A stretch of 52,048 nucleotides of DNA. It comes from Patescibacteria group bacterium. Its GTDB lineage: Bacteria > Patescibacteriota > Gracilibacteria > Peribacterales > Peribacteraceae. Location: contig JAHISE010000123.1 of assembly GCA_018818235.1 (NCBI GenBank), positions 1 through 52,048 of the forward strand, read 5' to 3'. Both the position numbers and the translations under genes were made by a program. The notes beneath the pieces were generated by a model. The model made no database searches. It was not told the origin of the DNA and was given only the letters and a program-made list of their open reading frames with translations. This document shows positions 19,056 to 27,702 of the stretch, piece by piece (position 1 is the stretch's first letter; each line of letters opens with the position of its first letter).

Positions 19056-21236
19056 ATGAAAAAATTATCTTTAAAAAGACTGTCAGTTTACATTCTTGCA
19101 ATTGTGGCATTGATAATTGCGATTAATTCATTCGATTTGACAGGTGCTGTTATAAAACAAAAAAGATGCCGGGGGGATGAGTGTAAAAAAGGAAGTGCAA
19201 ACGTAAGGATTGTTGATATTGGAAGTATTACTATAACTGATGACCTAAAAAGAATCATGTTAAATCTGGACCGGTACCCCAGTGTTCCGGTTGCCGGACG
19301 TTGTCAGATAAAAGACAACGATGGAAATGTACTAAAGACTGTCGGGAGGAGTGCGATTCAGACTTCTACACTCTCCATCGATTGGGGGCTAAAAGATTTT
19401 ATAACAGGCAATGGTGTAAAAGCATACAAAGCCAGTTGTTATGTTTGCCCGCAGGATGCAAAAGACAAAGATGATTGCGGATCTCTTTACACGCATTCTT
19501 TCTCCTACGATTCGAACAGAGATTTATGGCAACCCAATTGTGGGGATAAGCGGCTAGATGAAAACGAGGAGTGTGACGATGGAGGCAACGAGAACGGAGA
19601 TGGGTGTAATGAGTATTGTGAGATAGAGCAGGGTGATAAGGATATAGACAAAGACAAAGATAAAGGTGCAGATTCAGACAGTGACTCGGATACCTATTTA
19701 GATACAGATTCAGATAGCTATACTGACATAGACAAAGATCCTGATTCAGATTTTGATAGCGATGATAACACACCATCTTCGATCTGTGGGGATGGCATTA
19801 TAACATCTTCGGTTGGAGAAAATTGTGACGATAAGAATACTCAAATTGATGACGGTTGTGACTCTGATTGCAAGAAAGAAATAGGTTGGAAGTGCAAAGG
19901 GGAACCTTCGGTATGCGAAATGCTTATACCTATGGGAGATGTTTCTACTTGGCTCAGCACAGGTGACGAAGATGGTATCCATGACGATCTTCCGTTGTCT
20001 TCACCAATATCCGGAGGTGATAGTGACTCAGATAGCGATTTAGATACTGACACTGATTTAGATACAGATGATCTTCCTGATGATCTTCCGCTACCCCCAC
20101 CGATAAAGAGTGCACAGTGTGATGAATGTACAAGTTGTGGAGGAGGATTGTTTGACCAATGTGAAGAGGACGAATGTTTAGCACTTGGCGATTGCATATT
20201 CTCAGATATTTTCTTTGGAGGATTTTGTGACCCGAATCCAAGTGTTTGTTCCGATGGAGGTGGCGCGACTCCTATTAGTACAGGTGATGACGATGACTTG
20301 CCCTTGGAAATACAGGACATAATACAAGGTTTGCCAACTATTAACACCAAAGGTACACAGACTCCGCTCAGTACAGATGATGACGATGACTTGCCTTTGG
20401 AAATACAGGATATAATACAAGGTTTGCCAACTATTGACACAACTACTTCTACTCCTACAACTTCTACAACCACAATCACAACTACTTCACCAACACAAAC
20501 AACAACTCCTACTTCCAACAGTTGCAATTTTGATTCATGTGATCAGTGCGGAGGAGGAACGCTTGATAATTGTACGGAGAGCGATTGCACAGGGCGTGGA
20601 GATTGTGTATTTATGGATATTTTCTTCGGAGGACTTTGTGGACCTGACCCCGATTGTACGGAAGATTCCGGAACCGGAGGTGGAGGTGGGACCGGTGGCG
20701 GAGCCACGGGAGGCGGAACTTCTGGTGGTGGAAGTACAGGTGGTGGAAGCACAAGCGGTGGAGACGGTGGACCAGATGATTTCAATTTTAATGATATATT
20801 CGGTCCCGAAGATGATTATAATCAGCAGCCATTCAATGGAGTTTCCCCTGCAGTAAGAAGTACCTCAGTTTCTCCTTCTTCGGCACCTTCGGCCACAAGG
20901 CGTAGTTCAGCTCCATCCGCATCTCCGGCGGGTCCGGTATGTGGAAATGGAATTAAAGAATCAGGTGAGGGTTGTGATGATGGAAACGCAAGAAGCGGAG
21001 ACGGATGCAATGTGGCATGCAAAAACGAAACCGCTATTGTCTCTTGCGGAGACAATATAATTTCCGTCGGTGAAGATTGTGATGACGGCAATCTTAAGAA
21101 CGGTGACGGATGCAGTTCCAAGTGTAAAAAAGAGGCAGTAGAATCTTCTTCCGCCTTGCCTCAAGGTGAAGGCGGGTTGTTCTTACCTCAGGATGTTGCT
21201 ATCCCGGAGGGGGCGGTTAGACCGCAGCAGCGATAA
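19056..21236 (+). CDS. Secreted Cys-rich / low-complexity surface protein (DUF4215-type repeats)
   Basis: 726 aa. N-terminal signal anchor, and repeats EECDDGGNENGDGC, CDDGNARSGDGC and CDDGNLKNGDGC. It has D/S-rich, T-rich and G-rich tracts. A Cys module is duplicated (C..C..CGGG..D.C.E.DC...GDC.F.DIFFGG.C.P.P.C). It also carries the CKKEIGWKCKGEPSVCEMLIP module shared with paralogs 2 and 3. Confidence 0.85.
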   Translation: MKKLSLKRLSVYILAIVALIIAINSFDLTGAVIKQKRCRGDECKKGSANVRIVDIGSITITDDLKRIMLNLDRYPSVPVAGRCQIKDNDGNVLKTVGRSAIQTSTLSIDWGLKDFITGNGVKAYKASCYVCPQDAKDKDDCGSLYTHSFSYDSNRDLWQPNCGDKRLDENEECDDGGNENGDGCNEYCEIEQGDKDIDKDKDKGADSDSDSDTYLDTDSDSYTDIDKDPDSDFDSDDNTPSSICGDGIITSSVGENCDDKNTQIDDGCDSDCKKEIGWKCKGEPSVCEMLIPMGDVSTWLSTGDEDGIHDDLPLSSPISGGDSDSDSDLDTDTDLDTDDLPDDLPLPPPIKSAQCDECTSCGGGLFDQCEEDECLALGDCIFSDIFFGGFCDPNPSVCSDGGGATPISTGDDDDLPLEIQDIIQGLPTINTKGTQTPLSTDDDDDLPLEIQDIIQGLPTIDTTTSTPTTSTTTITTTSPTQTTTPTSNSCNFDSCDQCGGGTLDNCTESDCTGRGDCVFMDIFFGGLCGPDPDCTEDSGTGGGGGTGGGATGGGTSGGGSTGGGSTSGGDGGPDDFNFNDIFGPEDDYNQQPFNGVSPAVRSTSVSPSSAPSATRRSSAPSASPAGPVCGNGIKESGEGCDDGNARSGDGCNVACKNETAIVSCGDNIISVGEDCDDGNLKNGDGCSSKCKKEAVESSSALPQGEGGLFLPQDVAIPEGAVRPQQR

Positions 21237-21269
21237 TTTTGGTTGATTGTGGTTTAACAGATGTAGTCG

Positions 21270-21350
21270 GAGATTCGTTGCTCGTTTACTCGTTATTCGT
21301 TTATCTGTGGCGAACCAGATTATTAACGAACAACTAGCAACGAGCAAACC
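21270..21350. repeat. Imperfect long hairpin between the convergent surface-protein and purH genes (terminator-like)
   Basis: The arms tcgttgctcgtttactcgttattcgtt and aacgaacaactagcaacgagcaaacc are imperfect reverse complements. The short-period style matches the palindromes at 30.7, 32.8 and 33.6 kb. Confidence 0.45.
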
Positions 21351-21361
21351 AGAAACGTATT

Positions 21362-22873
21362 TTAGTGTCTAAACCCCCTCACCCCAGTCATCACCATTCC
21401 AATCCCCAGCTCATTTGCTTTTGTGATTACTTCTTCATCTCTGATCGAACCTCCGGGTTGTATGATCGCTGCAATTCCATTCTTTGCGGCTTCTTCCACG
21501 CTGTCGGGGAATGGGAAGAACGCATCGCTTGCCATTACTGCTCCCTTTGCTCTCTCCCCTGCTCGCCGAGCTGCAATGATTGTTGAATCAACACGACTAG
21601 TTTGTCCGCATCCGATCCCCACACTCACCAAATCTTTTGCAAAAACAATCGCATTACTTTTCGCGTGCTTAACAACTTTCCATGCAAAGAGGAGATCTTC
21701 GATCTGTTCATCAGTTGGTTTGGTTTCGGTGGCTACAGTCAGATCATCTTTGGTTACAATTTTTGTGTCTTGATTCTGAACCAGCATTCCCCCAAGAGAA
21801 GATCTGAAAGTAACCGCATCTTCATCCGGACATTGGTGTTCTATTGCGCGGATATTCGGACGCTTTTCTGCGAGGAATTCAAGGACACCATCTTCATATC
21901 CCGGTGCGATTATTACTTCGGTAAAGATTTTCTGCTCAATAATCTTGTCAATGATATTCTTTGTACATGGCCTGTTTAAGGCAACAATTACTCCGAAGGC
22001 AGAAAGGCGATCGGCATCGTAACTTCTTTGGAAAGCTTCTGCAATATCATCATTGACCGCCACACCGCAAGGGCTTGCGTGTTTAATGCATGCGCAAGAC
22101 GGTCTTTCAAATTCGCAAACCAGATTAAGCGCACCATCGGCATCCAAAATATTCAGGTAACTCATTTCTTTCCCCTGATGTAATTTCCATCTGGGCTTAT
22201 CTGATCCGTAAATATCGTAATATGTTCCCCATTGATGAGGATTCTCACCGTACCTCAGAACAGTTTTATTTGTCAGAAGAACTCCGGTGTGTGTTCCACC
22301 CGAAAGCGTTTGAGTAATTGCGGTGTCGTAAGCTGCAGTTCGAAGGAAAACTTTTCGTGCCAACTCACCTCTAAGTTCCGTTGAAGTTTCTCCGTTGTCT
22401 TTCAACTCATAAACCACCCGATCGTAATCACCAATGTCACAAATCACGGTTACATGATCTGCATTCTTTGCAGCAGCCCTTAGTAAACTCGGACCTCCGA
22501 TATCAATCTGTTCTACAAGTTCTTCTTGGGATACTCCTTCCTTCCTTGCAGTCTCCTCAAATGGATACAGATTCACAACCACCAGATCAATAGATTCAAT
22601 TCCAAGTTCTTTAGCCTGGGCTTCATCTTCACTGTTTCCACGGCGGAATAACAGTCCTCCGAATATGAGTGGGTGTAGAGTTTTAAGTCTTCCTCCAAAA
22701 CATTCGGGAAACTTGGTAATTTCTTCCACGGGAGTTACGGCAATATTGGCTTCCTTAAGGGCTTTTTCTGTCCCTCCTGTTGAAATTATCTCGTAATCGA
22801 GGTCAACAAGAGATGCTGCAAATGTGGTTAAGTTGGTTTTATCGGAAACGGAAATAAGAGCGCGCTTTTTCAT
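21362..22873 (-). CDS. purH: Bifunctional AICAR transformylase / IMP cyclohydrolase
   Basis: 503 aa from ATG 22873 (the track start TTG 22879 is also possible). N-terminal MGS-like domain (ALISVSDKT...STGGT...LKTLHP) and C-terminal AICARFT domain, colinear with PurH over the full length. Confidence 0.93.
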   Translation of the reverse strand: MKKRALISVSDKTNLTTFAASLVDLDYEIISTGGTEKALKEANIAVTPVEEITKFPECFGGRLKTLHPLIFGGLLFRRGNSEDEAQAKELGIESIDLVVVNLYPFEETARKEGVSQEELVEQIDIGGPSLLRAAAKNADHVTVICDIGDYDRVVYELKDNGETSTELRGELARKVFLRTAAYDTAITQTLSGGTHTGVLLTNKTVLRYGENPHQWGTYYDIYGSDKPRWKLHQGKEMSYLNILDADGALNLVCEFERPSCACIKHASPCGVAVNDDIAEAFQRSYDADRLSAFGVIVALNRPCTKNIIDKIIEQKIFTEVIIAPGYEDGVLEFLAEKRPNIRAIEHQCPDEDAVTFRSSLGGMLVQNQDTKIVTKDDLTVATETKPTDEQIEDLLFAWKVVKHAKSNAIVFAKDLVSVGIGCGQTSRVDSTIIAARRAGERAKGAVMASDAFFPFPDSVEEAAKNGIAAIIQPGGSIRDEEVITKANELGIGMVMTGVRGFRH

Positions 22874-22959
22874 AGACAAGATTTAGTTTAGCGCAATTTT
22901 TGTGGATTGCGTGTGAAATCTTAGCTTTTTATCTGACCTCCGCGCATAGGCGTGCTGCC

Positions 22960-23203
22960 CTCTCAAAGTCCGATCTCACCCCTTGGCCAGCTCTTCAATT
23001 GACCTCTCCTCCCGCCCCCCTCTCCCGAGTCTTTCCCCCTGCGCATCTGGCACGCCGGCCCCTCTCCCGAGTCTCTCCCTCTCCCCCGGCCCCTCTCCCG
23101 ATGGGAGAGGGGAGCTCTGCTATTGGAGAAATCAAAGTTTGTTATCTCTTTTTGCAGAGTTCCCCTCTCCTCCTCAGAGGAGAGGGGCCGGGGGTGAGGT
23201 CGG
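22960..23203. repeat. GC-rich hairpin repeat element, copy A (left flank of the pilus block)
   Basis: Contains strong hairpins cccctctccc-gat-gggagagggg and cccctctcctc-ctca-gaggagagggg. Its reverse complement matches 34532-34760 nearly base for base over the core (ccgacctcaccc..cccctctcctctgaggaggagaggggaactctgc...caatagcagagctcccctctcccatcgggagaggggccggggg). Confidence 0.85.
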
Positions 23204-23285
23204 ATAAGGATTTGACTTACAAATACCGTTATTAGTGTTTCATTTATATATTTTCTCCAGCAAAGTATCGGATGAACCCTTTTAG

Positions 23286-23383
23286 GGAAGCTATGAAAAA
23301 CACATGAAACGTAGCAGCGATTCGAAAATCACTGTGCTGTACGGCGGTTTTCGAACCGCCGCTACGAGTTTTTCAGAGCTTCC
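23286..23383 (+). other. Nested stem-loop element upstream of the response-regulator/pilB operon (possible structured leader or small RNA)
   Basis: Outer 16-bp stem ggaagctatgaaaaac / gtttttcagagcttcc with 1 mismatch. Inner hairpin cggcggtt-ttcg-aaccgccg (23342-23361). An alternative pairing is possible between cgtagcagcg and cgccgctacg. Confidence 0.3.
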
Positions 23384-23458
23384 TTAGCTTATATGATTAT
23401 TAATCAATAATATGTAAATTTACACAAGCCCTCAGATCTATCAAAAATGCCACTTTTC

Positions 23459-23467
23459 TGCTAAAAT
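23459..23467 (+). promoter_or_regulatory. Candidate extended -10 (TGCTAAAAT) for the RR-pilB-pilC operon
   Basis: TGnTAAAAT lies 56 nt upstream of ATG 23523. There is no convincing -35. Confidence 0.3.
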
Positions 23468-23522
23468 TAGAGGATTAACCTGTAATGAGGTAATCGAATT
23501 ATTGAATCTCATATCAATACAA

Positions 23523-24074
23523 ATGCCCGAAGATAAGCCCATAAAAACAAAGGCAGATCCTACCACTCAGCAGCACCCGTCCCCGGGTGCGGGGAAAGAG
23601 GAATCAACCTCCGCCAAGGCTACGGTCGACAAGAAGGAGGTATCAGCCTCCGCTGAAGCTATGGTCGACAAGAAGGAGACCGCCGAACCGGAGAAATCAT
23701 CGGGTGGATCCTCGGGCAAAAAGAAGGTGTTGATTGTGGAAGACGAAAAGCCATTGGCACATGCTTTGGAACTTAAACTTTCACACGAAGGTTTCGAGAC
23801 TCAGATAGTAAGCGATGGTGCTCAGGCTTTGGAGAAGGCAAAAGAATTTAAACCGGATATTATCCTTTTAGATTTAATTATGCCTTGTATGGATGGTTTT
23901 ACATTTCTTGAAGAACTAAAAAAAGAAGGAGCAAAGACTGCGGTGATAGTACTATCAAATCTTGGTCAGGACGAAGATCGTAAGCGTGCGGAGGAATATG
24001 GGGTTAAGGGTTATTTTGTAAAAGCAAATACTCCCATTTCTGACATTGTTAAACAGGTAAAAGCTGCAATTTAG
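23523..24074 (+). CDS. Stand-alone receiver (CheY-like) response regulator with a low-complexity N-extension
   Basis: 183 aa from ATG 23523 (track start is TTG 23502). Receiver motifs are KKVLIVEDE, DIILLDLIMPCMDG, VLSNLG and KGYFVKA, with no output domain. The N-extension carries two copies of the STSAKATVDKKE / SASAEAMVDKKE repeat. Confidence 0.88.
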   Translation: MPEDKPIKTKADPTTQQHPSPGAGKEESTSAKATVDKKEVSASAEAMVDKKETAEPEKSSGGSSGKKKVLIVEDEKPLAHALELKLSHEGFETQIVSDGAQALEKAKEFKPDIILLDLIMPCMDGFTFLEELKKEGAKTAVIVLSNLGQDEDRKRAEEYGVKGYFVKANTPISDIVKQVKAAI

Positions 24075-24078
24075 ATCT

Positions 24079-26208
24079 ATGCCATTAACTGATGACGCCA
24101 TCGGCACAATACTTCTGGAGCAAAGCTATGTCTCTGAAGAAGAATTAAAAAAAGCTTTGGAGAGATCAAAGGAAACAAAAGCTTCTCTGCTAAATATCCT
24201 GATGGATCAGGGACTTCTGACTCAACAGCTGTTCGAAAGTGCGCTTGCGGAGCATTACAAACTTGCATTTTATGACGTTCAGACCAATCCCCCTCCTTCC
24301 AATACCATCACGCTATTACCGGAGGAAATTGCTCGTGCTTATTCAGTCATAGTTGTTAAGAAAGAAGGAAGCAATATAACTGTTGCAACGTCAGATCCAA
24401 GTAATGAAACTTTGGAAGAGGCTATTAGGTTGAATCTTGAGCAAGAGGAAGCGGTGATTCCAGAGGGGGAAGAATCAGAGCCTGTGGAAGACGAAGGGGC
24501 TATAGATAAGGACATCGGACAGCGGACAGCGGACAGCGGGGAGGAGGCATCAGCCTCCGCCAAGGCTACGACCGACAAGAAAGATGATACAGAAGGTCGG
24601 GAAGGTTCCACCTCCGCTCCTGATGGAGCTACGGCGGACAGGCAGGAAAGTCAGGAAGGTTCGAAGGAAAAGGATGAATCAGAGTCCGATAATAAGCCAA
24701 CAGCAACCAAAGCAGAACCAGAGCAGGGATACCTCCCTGTGGAAGACAAAAAAAAGAAATCAAAAGGTTTTAGTTTTAGTTTTGGAAAAAAGAAACCAGA
24801 AAAAGCCGAACGTAAAAAGTTTACTGGTGAAATCACGTTCGTGTATTGCCCAAAAGCCAGCATTGATTCAATCTTTAAACATTATCAGAAACCACTTGCA
24901 ACGCGGTTTCAGCAAATTATCGATCAGGAACAAAAAGTAGCACCGGAAATTCTGGAAGAAATCTTGGATGATGCGATTCAACTTCGTGCTTCCGATATTC
25001 ACTTCGAGCCACAGGAAAAAATTGTAATAGTACGTTTTCGTGTGGACGGAGTTATGCACGAGGCGGGTCGTATCCCAAAAGAACATTACGAAGGGGTATT
25101 AAATAGAATCAAAATTGACGGAAATATGAGGATTGATGAACATTTCTCAGCTCAGGATGGTGCGATACGTCATAAAACATCGGTTGGACCAATTGATATC
25201 CGTGTTTCTATTGTTCCGATTGTAGATGGAGAGAAAGTTGTAATGCGTATTCTGGCTGAGTATGTACGTCATTTGACAATGACTGATTTGGGATTCACTC
25301 AAACAAATCAGGAAATTCTTACAAGGGCATCCAACAAACCATTTGGGATGATACTTACTACCGGTCCAACAGGATCAGGGAAATCAACGACGTTGTATGC
25401 ATTGGTAAAAATTCGCAATGCTCCTGATGTAAACATATCAACAATCGAAGATCCGGTTGAATATAAAATTGCCGGAATCAATCATATTCAGGTTAACAAC
25501 AAAGCGGAACTTACATTTGCAAAAGGACTAAGGGCACTTGTTCGTCAGGATCCTGATATCTTGCTTGTTGGTGAAATACGTGATGGGGAAACTGCGGATA
25601 TTTCTGTCAATGCGGCTCTTACTGGCCATCTGCTATTTTCAACTCTTCACGCAAATGATGCGGCAACGGCAATTCCGCGTCTGCTTGACATGGATGTTGA
25701 GCCGTTTCTACTCGCTTCAACTTTGGAAGTAATTATCGGGCAGCGTCTTGTGCGTCGAATATGTCCTCAGTGCAGATACAGTTATTCGGTTCCGGCAGAG
25801 GAATCAAAAAAGCTGTTTCCCGGAGCCGATAAATTCTTCAATGATGCAAAACCTGCGACTCTTTATCGTGGGAAAGGTTGCGAGTCGTGTGGCGATACCG
25901 GTTACAAAGGACGAGTTGGTATCTATGAACTTCTGGAAGTGACTTCCGAAATAGAGGAATTGATAATTGCAAGAGCAAGGAGCACGGAAATCAATAATGT
26001 AGCTCGCAAAAACGGAATGCGATTAATGTTTGAGGATGGTTTTGAAAAAGTTATCACAGGTATGACGACGATCGAGGAACTTGTAAGGGTTGCAGCACCA
26101 CCAGCCGTCGCTTCAGCCTCCGCCAAGGCTACGGCCGACAAGGAAGCTATGGCCGGCAAGCCGGATGTTGTTTTGTCCGCAGTCCCCAAAGAGGAAGATG
26201 AAAAATAA
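24079..26208 (+). CDS. pilB: Type IV pilus / T2SS assembly ATPase (PilB/GspE family)
   Basis: 709 aa. GspE_N-like N-domain, then a ~170-aa low-complexity insert. Walker A GPTGSGKST, Asp box IEDPVE, Walker B DILLVGEIRD, His box TGHLLFSTLH, and tetracysteine CPQC...CESC. Confidence 0.93.
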   Translation: MPLTDDAIGTILLEQSYVSEEELKKALERSKETKASLLNILMDQGLLTQQLFESALAEHYKLAFYDVQTNPPPSNTITLLPEEIARAYSVIVVKKEGSNITVATSDPSNETLEEAIRLNLEQEEAVIPEGEESEPVEDEGAIDKDIGQRTADSGEEASASAKATTDKKDDTEGREGSTSAPDGATADRQESQEGSKEKDESESDNKPTATKAEPEQGYLPVEDKKKKSKGFSFSFGKKKPEKAERKKFTGEITFVYCPKASIDSIFKHYQKPLATRFQQIIDQEQKVAPEILEEILDDAIQLRASDIHFEPQEKIVIVRFRVDGVMHEAGRIPKEHYEGVLNRIKIDGNMRIDEHFSAQDGAIRHKTSVGPIDIRVSIVPIVDGEKVVMRILAEYVRHLTMTDLGFTQTNQEILTRASNKPFGMILTTGPTGSGKSTTLYALVKIRNAPDVNISTIEDPVEYKIAGINHIQVNNKAELTFAKGLRALVRQDPDILLVGEIRDGETADISVNAALTGHLLFSTLHANDAATAIPRLLDMDVEPFLLASTLEVIIGQRLVRRICPQCRYSYSVPAEESKKLFPGADKFFNDAKPATLYRGKGCESCGDTGYKGRVGIYELLEVTSEIEELIIARARSTEINNVARKNGMRLMFEDGFEKVITGMTTIEELVRVAAPPAVASASAKATADKEAMAGKPDVVLSAVPKEEDEK

Positions 26209-27673
26209 GGATGTTGATTTGTCGGCTGCAGTAGGGAAGGAAATGAAAGGCCTGGAGAGTTCGGAAGGAAAGGAAGGTCAGGAAGGTTCGGATAGTACGG
26301 AAGGTAGGGAAGGTTTGCAGGAAAAGAATGCATCTAAGCAGGTGGGAGATAAACTTACGGTATTTCCAAAGGGGGTTGGGGGGCGTGCTCAAGAAGAGGG
26401 AAATGAGGAAAAGGAATTTGCAGCAAAAGCCCCAGTTAACATGTCATCTGTCGAACCTTCCCAACCTAATAAGTCCGAAAACACATTGGCATCAAAAAAA
26501 ACAAAAAAGAACAAAGAGCCCTTCTGGAAAAAATTTGGTAAAAAGAAATCTGTAGATGAGTCAGATAAAAAGAAAAAAAAGCCTGAATCAAAACTAATGG
26601 CAGCTCTCTCTTCCATCAATAATATGGGAATGGGGAAGCAGGTGCACATGTTTGTACAAAGTACTGCAACCATGTTAAATGCGGGGCTACCTCTTCTGGA
26701 AGCTCTAAAGACATTTCAAATGGAAACAAGAAGCAAGCCGATGAAAAAAATGGTCAGTCGTATTATTACAGATGTCGGAAACGGATCTCCGTTTTGGCGT
26801 GCAATGGACAGTCAGCATCTGTTTACACAATATGATATTGCAATGGTGCGCATTGGTGAGGAGGCCGGGAGCCTGGCACAGAATATGGTTTATTTGTCAC
26901 AACAAAGGGAAAAAGACAGATCACTAAGACAACAAGTTAAAATGGCAATGGTGTATCCGACAATAGTAATGGTTATGATGTTTATAATTGTCATGGGGTT
27001 GGGTCTTTTTGTATTGCCCAACCTTGTTCAGGTTTTGTTCTCTTTAAATGTGGAGCTTCCTTTGATGACACGAATTGTAATTTACATAACAAACATATTC
27101 AGTGACTATGGAAAAATCTTTGTGCCTTTGCTTATCTTAGGTTTTATCTTTTTTATTCTTCTTGGAAAATTTACAAGATTCAAAGTTGTTTCGCAGTGGA
27201 TTGTTTTTCATATACCCGGCATTGGTCGGTTAGGGAAAGAAGCTTCCATTGCCAGATTCGGAGTTGTACTCGGTGGACTTCTCCAAGCCGGAGTACCGGT
27301 GGTGGAAGCTTTGACATCACTTGTAAATGTTACGCAAATTGTCGCGCAAAAAAAACTATATGTGGAAATACTTGAGCACATAAAGATCGGTGATTCATTT
27401 CAAGCCTCATTTGAAAAGTGTAATGAAAGCGAGAGAATTCTTTCTGTTTCTGTCCAGCAGTTAATTATCGCGGGTGAAAAGTCAGGATCATTGGCCGAGA
27501 GCTTGCTTCAAATAGCTACCATATATGAAAAAAAGGCATCCGAGACAGCGAAGGCTTTACCTGTAATTCTGGAACCAATTCTACTTCTTTTCATCGGCGG
27601 GCTAGTTGCCGCCATTGCTTTTGCTATTATTGTTCCAATCTATAGCGTCGTTGGAAACATTAGTGGAGCTTAA
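26198..27673 (+). CDS. pilC: Type IV pilus platform protein (PilC/GspF family)
   Basis: 491 aa from ATG 26198, which overlaps the pilB stop (ATGAAAAATAA). It has two GspF-type repeats with TM helices ([57 protein letters not shown]). The N-extension is ~170 aa and Lys/Glu-rich. The track start at 26090 lies inside pilB. Confidence 0.9.
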   Translation: MKNKDVDLSAAVGKEMKGLESSEGKEGQEGSDSTEGREGLQEKNASKQVGDKLTVFPKGVGGRAQEEGNEEKEFAAKAPVNMSSVEPSQPNKSENTLASKKTKKNKEPFWKKFGKKKSVDESDKKKKKPESKLMAALSSINNMGMGKQVHMFVQSTATMLNAGLPLLEALKTFQMETRSKPMKKMVSRIITDVGNGSPFWRAMDSQHLFTQYDIAMVRIGEEAGSLAQNMVYLSQQREKDRSLRQQVKMAMVYPTIVMVMMFIIVMGLGLFVLPNLVQVLFSLNVELPLMTRIVIYITNIFSDYGKIFVPLLILGFIFFILLGKFTRFKVVSQWIVFHIPGIGRLGKEASIARFGVVLGGLLQAGVPVVEALTSLVNVTQIVAQKKLYVEILEHIKIGDSFQASFEKCNESERILSVSVQQLIIAGEKSGSLAESLLQIATIYEKKASETAKALPVILEPILLLFIGGLVAAIAFAIIVPIYSVVGNISGA

Positions 27674-27702
27674 AGACGCGCATTTCTATCCCCATCTTAA
27701 TT

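Noticed and set aside
1478-21164. Dozens of 60-230-aa ORFs lie antisense to or out of frame with the giant surface-protein genes. Examples are 1573-1977, 1996-2640, 3775-4092, 10219-10626, 10675-11223, 13138-13596, 16408-16809, 19841-20527 and 20543-20785.
   Set aside because: They are shadow frames of Cys/Asp/Gly-rich repeat coding sequence. Their translations are monotonous (PSSHSS, SPSP and similar), and they are fully contained in long ORFs that have strong domain evidence.
1257-21236. A diversity-generating retroelement acting on the variable surface proteins.
   Set aside because: The window contains no reverse transcriptase ORF. I could find no template/variable repeat pair with adenine-specific differences. 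The shared segments differ at all base types.
22900-23235. ORFs 22900-23235, 22983-23207, 34331-34561 and 34600-34791 encode P/S/G/R-rich peptides.
   Set aside because: They are translations of the GC-rich hairpin repeat copies A and B. The same DNA occurs in both orientations, so no consistent protein is encoded.
26090-26197. The upstream in-frame start for pilC given by the ORF track.
   Set aside because: It would overlap pilB by 119 nt and encode a P/R-rich peptide read from the repeat DNA. ATG 26198, which overlaps the pilB stop, gives normal translational coupling.
24748-27355. A8 homopolymer runs in pilB (24748-24755) and pilC (26494-26501, 26573-26580, 27348-27355) could be phase-variation switches.
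   Set aside because: They encode Lys runs in an AT-rich, Lys-rich genome. Such tracts are expected from composition, and nothing in a single sequence shows length heterogeneity. This is only worth revisiting with read data.
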